Positions 20,277-29,897 of a stretch of 64,000 nucleotides of DNA are shown one piece after another. The stretch is from Diplonema japonicum (Eukaryota; Protista; Euglenozoa: Diplonemea), in contig OZ025764.1 of assembly GCA_964019335.1 (NCBI GenBank), forward strand, positions 1 through 64,000, given 5' to 3'. The notes below the pieces were generated by a model, which was not told the origin of the DNA, ran no database searches, and saw only the letters and a program-made list of their open reading frames with translations. The position numbers and the translations under genes were made by a program. Within the stretch, counting starts at the first letter, position 1. Each line of letters starts with the position of its first letter.

Positions 20277-20727
20277 AGCGTTCCACCCTGTCCACCCTGA
20301 TTTTTGCATTTTAAATGGCTAGCGTCAGAAAGTAAAATGCAGGTAGTTTTGTGCAAGGAAATCTTTCTGGTAGACTTTTTTTTAGGGTGAGAAAAAAAAA
20401 AAGGATTTTCAATATCTTTCTTACAGAAATCCATGAGGTGTTAACAGTGTTTAAGCAGTGCGGGGGGGTGAAGGGGGAAAGGGGCAGAAAAAACCCCTAA
20501 GGGAGAGAAATAAAACCAAAAAGAAAAAAAAAAAAAAAAAAAAAAAGGTACGCAACGGTCACAAACCCAATAAAAGAGTTTAATTGACACATTCTTTTTG
20601 TTTCCTTTTTCTTCTTATTCAAATAATGCTGCTCTTCATCTTGGTGTAGATTATGACCTTCGAAAGGCCGCTCTTCTTATAAATAGCAGGGTTCACCACC
20701 TGAAAAGTTTTTTTCTTCTTTTTTTTT

Positions 20728-23700
20728 TCAACCCTCCCCATGTACCTTTACAATCTTTGGAGCATTCATCGCGTCAGTAATATGAAGGATAGTGTACCTT
20801 TCGGCAAGGCTGGTTGCCGCGTCGTACTCGTTCCAGCTGAGTTCAAAAAAAGTTGCCTCGTGTTTCGTTGCTTTCACCTCGAAGACCTGAAAGTCAGGGT
20901 GCTTTGCCAGCACCTCTTCATAAGTGTGATTCCTGCTAACAATCGCAAATTCTTCCTCTGTGATCCCGCTCACAATATCGAAAGGTGCAAAACTCTCCCC
21001 GTGACTGTTTGTGGAGAAGAACACATCTGCAGGGTTGTTCTTTCTGAGGTAGTCAAGTGCTATGCCTTCGCCCCATTTCCCCAATGCCTTTTCTTTCATC
21101 GCCCCTGTGTCTGCTGTGTGTGAAGTTGGTGCACTGACCTCCGTTCCACGGGAAGCAGGGCCTGCTCCTCCTGATTTAAATGCCCCGTCAAGCTTCTCAC
21201 CACCTGGCATCGAGAGGCATATCTGTTCGTCATCGTCCCCGCTCGTACCTTCGTCGCTTCTATCGTCATATTCTCTTACGGTGTTTGTTGGCTCGTCCTC
21301 GTCCTCTTCCACTCCTGTTCTGTAGTACCCCAGCCCGCTTTTGCCTGATTTGAATTCGAAGCCCTCTTTGTCGCCGATGAACTTTTCGCTCCCAACGAAG
21401 TGCATGTTTTCCGGAACCTGGAATGACGGCCAGTTCTGCTTGCTTAAGTTCGCCCTTTCCAGTGCTTCCTTGTTCGGGACAATGCCCGTGCTGTGTCCTG
21501 ACCTGCCGCCGCCGAATGTTGGCACCGCCATGCTCGGGTCGGCTGACTCTCTGACCCGCTCTTTTGGTTTCTCTTTCTCCTTGTCAGCTGCTGCTGCCGC
21601 CTTTGCGGTGTTCTCGTTCCTCTTTATCTTGGATTGCTTGCGCTCTTCCTCCTCCGCGTCGAAGACTTCCCTCACAACTGTCGGGACCTCATCCTCGTGA
21701 AGCAGCTCTGCATCCTCGTTCACCCCGCGCAGTACTTTGTTCCCTTCTAACAGCGCAACAGGAAGCGTCGTTGGCAGTGCGACCTTGAGGCCGTTCTCCA
21801 AGGCATCCTTCAATGCCACTTCGTCGACGTTGCCCAGCTCCTTCGCGAAGCCGATTGTTATATTTTTCAGGTCGTCGGCGGAGTCGGGCATCGCGTAGAG
21901 CGCTTCACGCGTGTCCTCCTGCAGCAGGGACATCCTCACATCTGTGAAGAACACAACTCCCTTCTCTCTGTACTTGACTTCCACCCCAGAGCGCATGGGG
22001 GCCAGGGTGTACGCATTGAGAAGATCCTTGTCCGCGGCCACTTCCGCGATCTTCGCCGCCACCCACCCGAACACTTCGTTCTTCTCCCCACCCTCATCTA
22101 GCTTCTCCACATCCTGCACGGTCATTGTGAAGTCGCTAGCGCTTCTCGCCTCGTACCACCCGTCGGTCACTTCACCTTCTTGCTTTTCGAGGGCGCTCAG
22201 CTGGGCGACAACCTCAGAAAACCTCCCTGTAGAGGGTATCTGCGCCAGGTTCCCCCTGAAGGCTGCTACGCCCTTCGCAACCACGTCGGGGACCCCATCG
22301 GCTGCCTCCTCCCGTATGAGTGCAACGATTGTTTTCAGCATGGCGGTGAGGATCTGAGAGGAGGTGTTCTTCACCAACACGAAAAGGGTTCTTTCCATAT
22401 CGTCAAGGTGCACAGCGTTGCCAGCGTTGCTGGCGTTGTTTTCCACACTTATCGCCGCCCCTTGGACCTCGTACTTCACGGTTAACGAACCGACAAGCTT
22501 GCACCTCAGGTTTTTGTCTTCGAAGGCTCTGGCTTGGCTGAGCTTCTCGAAGGCGGCGGCTTCCATGTGTTCCTTGCACAGCATGTACGCCTTCTGGCAC
22601 ATTACCCTCCATGCGTAGGTGTAGTAAACGTAAGCTGAAGGTGAGAAAGGCACCTCTTCAGCACGTGTCTTCTTCTTCACGACGGTAGAAAGCCCACGCA
22701 TCCCGCACCTCTCCATGAACTTCTCGGTCAGGTGGATTCTCTCCGACAGCACGTGATGCCCGTCGGGAAGCCTATCGGTGCTGATGTGCATGTCGTCGTA
22801 GAGGAGCGTCCCCCCGCCCGAGCTGGCGAACTCGAGATCTTGCGTCCACCAGATTTTGCTTGTCTTGAGGGCCTGCCATCCCTCTTCAGTGATTTCATCT
22901 TGCAAGTTGTCAAAGTCCTGCAGTAGCTTCAGCACGTCGTCTGGGCTGACGGGGATGTTGTTCCGCGCGATGCTCTCGAGACCCTCCACCTGCACTTCCC
23001 ATGGAGCGTACTCCGTCACCCCTATCTCGCCCAACTGGTGCCCGCACCTCATGTACACGAACCCAACGTACCTGTATTTTGTCTTCGCGCGGTCAAGGAA
23101 TCCTCCCTGCCCTGCCTTCACGTAACATGTCTCAGGCGGGTACCACGCTCCCTTCAGGTCCTCCGAGTCCATCCCCTGGTACGGCTTCCTCTCCAGAGGC
23201 ATCCAGATGTACTTCACCCTCCCCCCAAGGTGCTCCACGATGCCCCTCATCTGCTTGATGCATGCCGTGAACTCTTGCTGCTCGTACCACGACTCCAGGT
23301 GCTCCACCAGCGCGTCGTCGCTCACAGCGTCCTTCACCCCGAGCTGTAGCAGCAGCGATTCGAACACCTGCGTCCGTCTGATGTCTGTCGTCGGTATGGC
23401 GGATGTGTAGTAGTTGGCGTGGTTCCCCAAGAAGCCAATTGTGCTTGCGTTGCACTGGTACGTTGTACGCGGTGTGTGGGGGTTGCCGTCTGTTGCGAGA
23501 ACCCACTTGGTGCGCGTCAGCATCAGCGCCAGGGAGGTGGGGACACGATCCGTGTGTTCCCTCCTGTCTTTCTCAGATGCAACCTTGCCGTCGAAACCCT
23601 TCAACTTCGACCAGTCGGTTATGTAGCTCAAGGGGGTGGTGAGCTGTGACTTCCATTCCGTCTCGCCTGAGCACAACATCTGCGCCAAGGTCAACCAGCG

Positions 23701-26700
23701 CTCCTGGAGGACCTTCTTGTTCTTAATGTCGGCGAAGCCTTGTACCACGCGCTCGACCCCTGGCCAAGTGCAGTCCTTTTTCAACCTGTACTTCCCATCT
23801 GCCGAGTCGGGCAACTCGACACCTAGTTCTCGTGCGTGCTGTGCCCATTCGCTGTCTGCATCCACCGACACATCTGTGCTGTAGTACGCTCCCACAATGC
23901 TTTCCCTCACCCCCATGACCCCGAGGGTGTTCAGCAGCTTCGACTTGTCGCGCACTGTGGCGCTGTAGAGCCCGTGTACATGCAACCATTGCAAGCCAAA
24001 CGTTTTCGCGGGGTTTATCATTGCCTTCTCATGAAGAACAAGCTGATCAACCGCACTCACCAAAAGGAACGCCTCTTGTGTCTGCGGGTCTCGAAGTTCC
24101 CTGCACCCTTCATTGAGAGGCGACGGTACATTTGCAGAACACACGACGGGCATCGACGCCAGCAGGGAACGGACGTCCTCGTCCGACTCAGTTTTACGCC
24201 CGAATCTGTCCGAGATCCACGTCACTGCAGATATGACGTGCATCGGAAGGAGCATCTCGTTCTCTTCCCACTTGTTAGCGATGTCGGTTGAGATGCATTT
24301 TAGCACCTGCTCATCCTGCGTCGGCTTCACCCCAAGCTTTCCAAGCATTGCCCTCAAGCCCACCGCATCCTTGCACCCGTCGACGAATGCCTTGTCTACA
24401 ACGTGTAGCATCTCCATGAAGGCTGCCGGCTGCGACACAGGAAGAAGGATCTTGTGTATCCCGGGTGCCAGCATCTTCCCCCCTGTCACAGGCACCATCG
24501 CCACCTTCCCAACGCGCTCCAGCAGACCTTGTTCCTGGCTCGACCCGGCGATGGAACGCAGAAGTGACCTCAGGCACAACAGGTACTTCCCCACCCACTT
24601 AGAACTCAAGAACCGCAGCCCTGCTTCTTCTTCTTCTTCTTCGGCAGAAAAGGCGGTCGTCTCGTTGGTGAAGAGCTTCTCCAGCAGGGACACCAGCAAC
24701 GAGGCGTCTACCTCTTTCACCCCGAGCAGTGCGGATGTGGGTCTGTACGTGTTGCTGCTCTGGGCATCCCCGACGTAGTGCAGGCCCTTGGCACGGAAAA
24801 GTGCCTCCGCTTCGAATAGCTCAAGGATCTCTTCCTCCATGCCTTCGGGGAGCAGGACACACCTTTTCGGCTCAGCCCACTCGCCAGTTCGCGTCAGCAT
24901 GATGTCTTTGTTGCGGAGTTCCTTGCACAGCTGGTTTGACAGCGGGCGGAACCAGTCTCCTCGAAGCAGCTCCCTGTCTGGGAGGACGGCAAGGAGGTAT
25001 TCGGAGGGAAGCTCGCCACGTGTCGCCATGTCCCGCACACCCTGCATCGCCGACAAGATGACTCCGAGAGCGGCCTCGCGAAGCCAGTTGTTCCACTGGT
25101 CCGACTCGACGATCCTGTCACGCGCCGCGTTTACCGTCCAGTCGGCCTGCAGGACAAACTTGAAGACACGTGCGTTCGTGGGGAGGAAGGCCGTCACCGG
25201 GAAAACCTGTATGTCGCAAGCAGCCTCGGGCTTCAAGAAGGCGACCTGAATGCAGGTATCTTGCGATCCACCTGGCGACTTCACCCCCTCAGGCACTGCC
25301 ACGTTCTTCTTGTGCACCACGAATACCTTGTCTCTCCCTTGCCCCTCGTCGCCGACCGTCTCGAGTAGCCTCACAACCTTAGTGCTCGACGTGTTGCCTT
25401 CGTCGTCGTCGTCGGTGTCTCTGCCTTCCTCAGCAGCAGCTTCGTCCAGGCGTGACAGCGTCCTCGATACCCCACGGATCTCGTTCAAAACCTCGACCCT
25501 CCGCAGCTTGTTCAAGAATAGGAGGACGATGAGTTGCACGTCGTTCGCGCCTGTCGTGCACTCCTCGTAGAAGCCCTGGTTCTGAAGGGACTCCTTGAAT
25601 GGCAGGTGCAGCTGCGTCACCCATTCGCCTTCGCAAAGCTTCTGCGTATCTGGCTTGGGCTTTATGAGGCTGCCGTTCGAGGGGTCACGCCAACTCCCTT
25701 CCTGAGGGAGGATCAGACCGAGGTCGCAGCTCGTCCTGTCGAAGTAAAAGTTGTACCCGTTGGAAATGATGTGCGGCTCGTCGGACACGCTGAAGACTGC
25801 CTTGAAGCCGATCCCCTTGCGGCCGATAGACGCGCTTTTACCGGCTTTCGTGCTGAGGTTCACGTTGCAAACTGCACGTACGTTGTTCTCGACAAACCCG
25901 CACTCGTTGTTCAGCACTTCAATTCCGTCGGGCCTCAGGGTCAGCCTCAGCGAGGGGACCGTGTCTGGGAAGTAGGTGTTGTCGTCTGCGTTCTGAATCA
26001 GCTCGAAGAAGAAGTGGAACTTCGATTCGTACAGCTGCTCAGAGATCACTGTTAGTGTCCTTTGCAGAATCTTCGTTACGTTGCTGTCCTCCCCCTCGCA
26101 TAGGCCTGCACGGATGTTCGCGATCACTTCTTCCTCGCTGCTCATCTGGACATTCCCCGCTCCTTCCTTCCCCTTCTCCTGTGCTGCGGTATCGTTAGGT
26201 TTTCCCCTCGCCACCGTGGTCTTCTCGGCGACGGCCTCCGGTACAGGTTTTGCAACCTCGACCACCTCCCGCACGATGGCCGTCTTCTGAAACACTGGGT
26301 ATTCGGTCACGGCTCTCCTCCCTGCCTCTACCCACGACTTCAAGTTAAGCTTCACCGCCCTTTTCAAGAGCTCGCTGCGCATCGGGTGAGACGCAGCGTG
26401 CCCCGCACACCTTTCGTCCCATTTCGGGTCTATCTTCTCCAGCACGGACACCACGGCTGTTTCGAACACTACCTTGACCACACCTGTTGGGATGGCTAGC
26501 AGCAGCTCCGCCACTGCCTTCGGGAGGTTGTAGGCCGACGCCGCAGCCTGAAGCGCTTCCCTGATGGGGTCCCAGAGGCTCTCCATGTTGCTGCGGTCGT
26601 CACTCTCTATGGCGCTCAGGCCTTCCAACACGATGTAGCTCCACAGCTGCACACCAAGCCCCCAGTAGTCCCTCTTCGTGCAGGCTGACTCGATCGACGA

Positions 26701-28794
26701 AAAGTCCCCACCTCGTGCCACGGCGTAGAACTTCGTTTTCTTCGGGAACCCTTCTGTGCACTCCAGGATCTTCACACCCTTCTCGGCGAGCCTCTCGCTG
26801 TTCTTCCCGATGAACTCCTCGAGGGGTCCGTGCTGTTCGGCGTACAACTCGTCCCACAGCATCACCGACCTCAAGTCCTCACCGCTGGGGTCTTCAGCAG
26901 CCTCCAGCAGCAGCTCCAGCGGCTCCTCTTCAAAGACGCTGGCCATGGCCTGTGCCTCGGCGGCTGCATCTGTTGCAACCCAGCCGCTGCCGTCCTCACC
27001 AGCGACATCAAGCTCGCAATGCCCCGGGTAGTGCAGCACCTTGACCAGTGTGCGGGTCTGATCAACGCCTTTAAGAACGCACTCCTTGTTCCCAAGATGG
27101 AGGTCTTCGATTTTCCGCACACCGTAGTGTTCTTGAAGAAGACGCTCCGCCACCTCGCTGCTGTCGGTGACTGCCTCTGTCTTGGTGATAAACGTAGCGG
27201 CGAGCGCCATGTCAACCACCGGTGGTGCTGTGTCGCTGCTGTGCAGGAACTCGTAGCCATTCTCGGTGAACACCCTCGAGTTCAATTTCATGAAGTGCGT
27301 GAATGGGTAGTTGCATATGTCGCTCCACCTTTCGTGTCCAAGCCCCTTCGGGGTCTCCACTTCCAAGTTGTTGAGGATTGTCCACGTCCTGTGGAAGAGG
27401 GATCGCGCCGAGAGCAACTTCAGCATCTGGTCTACAATATCCTTCGGGCTGGGCTTTGTGTCGGTTGATAGTTCGTTGTTGGAGCTTGAAAAAGCAAGCC
27501 CTGCTTCCTCCAGCTCCACGGTGTTATGCACGAAAAACTCAAGGAAGCTCCCGTGGCCCAGGCTGTCGAACGACTGGACATCGAAAACAGCGCGTGAATC
27601 TTCTTCGAGGGAGTGCAGGATCTCCTGAGCCTTTCTTCCCTGCACTTTGCTGTTGATACAGTCCTTCACGGCGTTGAGCAGTTCGTCTTCCGCGACGGTC
27701 CCCGTTTCAAGCTGCGCGGTGACCTTATGTGTGCCGGTACGCTCACGCAGAGTCTTCGTGCAAGCCGCGCAACTGTCCATGGAGGTCTTGCACACGGGGC
27801 ATTCTTTGTAGACCTCGATGAACTTCATAAGAGAGATGATGAGCGCGTCTGTGAGGGGGACTTCCCGCTTTCGTTTCAAAACATCGAGGTAGCACACCAT
27901 CCTGCGGTGGATGATGCTCGCTCCCTCACCGGTGCTGACCCACATTGTGAGCTTGTGGAGGAGGCCGTCGTAGATATCTTGCCCCTGCCGCATGGTACGC
28001 TTTACCTCAGCATCGAATTGATCGATGTCCTCCTGTGTAACGCCCATCTGCCTGGCACGGAGCTCGTGGTGCTTCCTGCTGAGATACTGAGCTTGCGCTT
28101 GTTTTACTTCAGCGTCATACTGGCGAACGCCAGGCCCAACCAAGCTGATCATGCGTCCCATGTTTACATCTTTAACGTAAACACACAGCTCCTTGATGGT
28201 TGCACCCCGTTTTCTTTCGAGGAGGTCGGTGATCATCTGCGGGGTTAGCCTCCCCAAGCCTCGCGTACGGTCACGAATGATGCTCACGAAAACCTCAAAG
28301 ATCTCGTAAAATGTCACGCGAGGCGGCATCTTGGAGTCGGGGATGTCAGCCATCCCAGGAAAGTGTTTTTGAAGCTCCGGATGCAGTCGGTAAGGCCCCA
28401 AGCCGATATCCTCAAACCGTGTGATGGGTCCGGAGGTGAGCTTGAGGTCCGCGGCCTGCCTTGTTACGTACTCGAGACACTCATGAAGCGATCCGAAGGA
28501 GAAATGGGACCGGTACGTGTTAATCAACAGCATGACGGAAGACTGCAGTCTAGCCAATTCATCCAAAGGAGCTATCTGCCACGGGCCGCGGCAGCCCAGT
28601 TCTGTTAGTTCTGATACTTTGAAATGGCTTATGAGCAACGCAGTAATGGACCCTACGTTCAGGCTGAGTACCCCTTTCTCCCTCTCCTCCTTTATGATCT
28701 CGGCGCAGGCTTGCTCAACGACGTGTTTGGTAAACCTGTGGCGTGGTGGTTCGTTCCCACCTTTCTTTCCTTTGCCGTACCCGCTGGACCTCAT
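20728..28794 (-). CDS. NO VEIN (NOV)/sacsin-like GHKL ATPase with C-terminal DUF3883 nuclease-like domain (2688 aa)
   Basis: FFELIQNADDN, IGRKGIGFKAVF, FVLQADW; N-terminal F..LG.G repeats; C-terminal GKWGE..FDI..EVKAT..ELSWNE. Confidence 0.9.
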   Translation of the reverse strand: MRSSGYGKGKKGGNEPPRHRFTKHVVEQACAEIIKEEREKGVLSLNVGSITALLISHFKVSELTELGCRGPWQIAPLDELARLQSSVMLLINTYRSHFSFGSLHECLEYVTRQAADLKLTSGPITRFEDIGLGPYRLHPELQKHFPGMADIPDSKMPPRVTFYEIFEVFVSIIRDRTRGLGRLTPQMITDLLERKRGATIKELCVYVKDVNMGRMISLVGPGVRQYDAEVKQAQAQYLSRKHHELRARQMGVTQEDIDQFDAEVKRTMRQGQDIYDGLLHKLTMWVSTGEGASIIHRRMVCYLDVLKRKREVPLTDALIISLMKFIEVYKECPVCKTSMDSCAACTKTLRERTGTHKVTAQLETGTVAEDELLNAVKDCINSKVQGRKAQEILHSLEEDSRAVFDVQSFDSLGHGSFLEFFVHNTVELEEAGLAFSSSNNELSTDTKPSPKDIVDQMLKLLSARSLFHRTWTILNNLEVETPKGLGHERWSDICNYPFTHFMKLNSRVFTENGYEFLHSSDTAPPVVDMALAATFITKTEAVTDSSEVAERLLQEHYGVRKIEDLHLGNKECVLKGVDQTRTLVKVLHYPGHCELDVAGEDGSGWVATDAAAEAQAMASVFEEEPLELLLEAAEDPSGEDLRSVMLWDELYAEQHGPLEEFIGKNSERLAEKGVKILECTEGFPKKTKFYAVARGGDFSSIESACTKRDYWGLGVQLWSYIVLEGLSAIESDDRSNMESLWDPIREALQAAASAYNLPKAVAELLLAIPTGVVKVVFETAVVSVLEKIDPKWDERCAGHAASHPMRSELLKRAVKLNLKSWVEAGRRAVTEYPVFQKTAIVREVVEVAKPVPEAVAEKTTVARGKPNDTAAQEKGKEGAGNVQMSSEEEVIANIRAGLCEGEDSNVTKILQRTLTVISEQLYESKFHFFFELIQNADDNTYFPDTVPSLRLTLRPDGIEVLNNECGFVENNVRAVCNVNLSTKAGKSASIGRKGIGFKAVFSVSDEPHIISNGYNFYFDRTSCDLGLILPQEGSWRDPSNGSLIKPKPDTQKLCEGEWVTQLHLPFKESLQNQGFYEECTTGANDVQLIVLLFLNKLRRVEVLNEIRGVSRTLSRLDEAAAEEGRDTDDDDEGNTSSTKVVRLLETVGDEGQGRDKVFVVHKKNVAVPEGVKSPGGSQDTCIQVAFLKPEAACDIQVFPVTAFLPTNARVFKFVLQADWTVNAARDRIVESDQWNNWLREAALGVILSAMQGVRDMATRGELPSEYLLAVLPDRELLRGDWFRPLSNQLCKELRNKDIMLTRTGEWAEPKRCVLLPEGMEEEILELFEAEALFRAKGLHYVGDAQSSNTYRPTSALLGVKEVDASLLVSLLEKLFTNETTAFSAEEEEEEAGLRFLSSKWVGKYLLCLRSLLRSIAGSSQEQGLLERVGKVAMVPVTGGKMLAPGIHKILLPVSQPAAFMEMLHVVDKAFVDGCKDAVGLRAMLGKLGVKPTQDEQVLKCISTDIANKWEENEMLLPMHVISAVTWISDRFGRKTESDEDVRSLLASMPVVCSANVPSPLNEGCRELRDPQTQEAFLLVSAVDQLVLHEKAMINPAKTFGLQWLHVHGLYSATVRDKSKLLNTLGVMGVRESIVGAYYSTDVSVDADSEWAQHARELGVELPDSADGKYRLKKDCTWPGVERVVQGFADIKNKKVLQERWLTLAQMLCSGETEWKSQLTTPLSYITDWSKLKGFDGKVASEKDRREHTDRVPTSLALMLTRTKWVLATDGNPHTPRTTYQCNASTIGFLGNHANYYTSAIPTTDIRRTQVFESLLLQLGVKDAVSDDALVEHLESWYEQQEFTACIKQMRGIVEHLGGRVKYIWMPLERKPYQGMDSEDLKGAWYPPETCYVKAGQGGFLDRAKTKYRYVGFVYMRCGHQLGEIGVTEYAPWEVQVEGLESIARNNIPVSPDDVLKLLQDFDNLQDEITEEGWQALKTSKIWWTQDLEFASSGGGTLLYDDMHISTDRLPDGHHVLSERIHLTEKFMERCGMRGLSTVVKKKTRAEEVPFSPSAYVYYTYAWRVMCQKAYMLCKEHMEAAAFEKLSQARAFEDKNLRCKLVGSLTVKYEVQGAAISVENNASNAGNAVHLDDMERTLFVLVKNTSSQILTAMLKTIVALIREEAADGVPDVVAKGVAAFRGNLAQIPSTGRFSEVVAQLSALEKQEGEVTDGWYEARSASDFTMTVQDVEKLDEGGEKNEVFGWVAAKIAEVAADKDLLNAYTLAPMRSGVEVKYREKGVVFFTDVRMSLLQEDTREALYAMPDSADDLKNITIGFAKELGNVDEVALKDALENGLKVALPTTLPVALLEGNKVLRGVNEDAELLHEDEVPTVVREVFDAEEEERKQSKIKRNENTAKAAAAADKEKEKPKERVRESADPSMAVPTFGGGRSGHSTGIVPNKEALERANLSKQNWPSFQVPENMHFVGSEKFIGDKEGFEFKSGKSGLGYYRTGVEEDEDEPTNTVREYDDRSDEGTSGDDDEQICLSMPGGEKLDGAFKSGGAGPASRGTEVSAPTSHTADTGAMKEKALGKWGEGIALDYLRKNNPADVFFSTNSHGESFAPFDIVSGITEEEFAIVSRNHTYEEVLAKHPDFQVFEVKATKHEATFFELSWNEYDAATSLAERYTILHITDAMNAPKIVKVHGEG

Positions 28795-29802
28795 CGAGAT
28801 TTTTTTTTCCTTTTTTTCTTCCTTTTTTTTTTTTTTTTTTTTTTTTTTTGTCCTGTGTTTAATATGAAAAGAGTAAAGAAAAAAAAATTTAAGAAATAAA
28901 AAAACTTAAGAAATAAAAAAAAAACCCCCCCCGCAGCTACTTTCTTTTGGAATGGTGAATAAAAAAAAAAGTAACTATTCAGAAAAATAGAGGGTCAAAC
29001 GAAGAAATAAAGAGAGAGAGAGAAAGGGAGAGGTTTGCTTTTTTTCTTCTTTTTTTTCTCTTCTTATTTTTCTTTTTTCTTTCAAAGACAAGAAGAGAAA
29101 AAAAAAATGGTTCAGTGATATAGTTATTCAAACTGAAAGGTGAGTAGGAAAAAAAAGACCTGGAAGAAACCATTCTTTTCGCCTACTCAAAAAAAAAAGG
29201 AGAATATATATATATAAGATGTACTTCTTTGTTCTATGCTATCCTGCACCAAAAAGAAATAAGAAGTGTCGCAGCAAGAAAAACCAAATAAAGAACACAC
29301 AGACGCAGCGGCCAGAGGGCGGAAACACTACCAAAAAACGTGAATATTAAAAGAAGGATTAAAATCAGTCGATCTTTTCCTGTAGTAAAGCCTGTGGAGA
29401 GGACTATCGAAGAAGAAGAAAAAAAAAAAAGAGAGGGAAAGGGAGAGAAAACCGGTCAACAACCTGTACGAACTACCACACTCTTTTTGGGTTTTTCTTC
29501 CCTCTTTTTTTTTTTCTTTTTTTTTTTTTTCTCGTTTTTTTCGAATCGCTTTCTTTCAAAAAAAAAAAATAAAATAAAAAAGAAAGTTCGTTAGCTAGAT
29601 AGTTTGGGAGGTGCCATTACTTTAAAAAAAAGAAAGGAAAATAGGGCAAACTTCTCCAGCATAAGAAGTAATAAACCTATCCCCACAAAGTACAGAGATT
29701 CTTCCGAGGTGTGAGAGCCACGTAAAGCATTCCCTTGAAGGGACGGGTGCTGATAAGCCTTCTTTAAAGAAATACGGCTTTCCTCCTCTTTCTTTTTCTT
29801 CT

Positions 29803-29837
<35 letters not shown>

Positions 29838-29897
29838 AATCGCGATCATGAGAAAAAAAAAAAAAAAAAAAATAAGGTTGTGTAAATGTTAATTCGT

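Noticed and set aside
20430-20456. piggyBac-like TTAA end (also ~38743)
   Set aside because: No matching partner TIR identified.
20728-28794. Bacterial defence island or contamination (ATPase + DUF3883)
   Set aside because: Architecture matches the eukaryotic NOV family and the gene sits among eukaryotic genes with the same flanking features.
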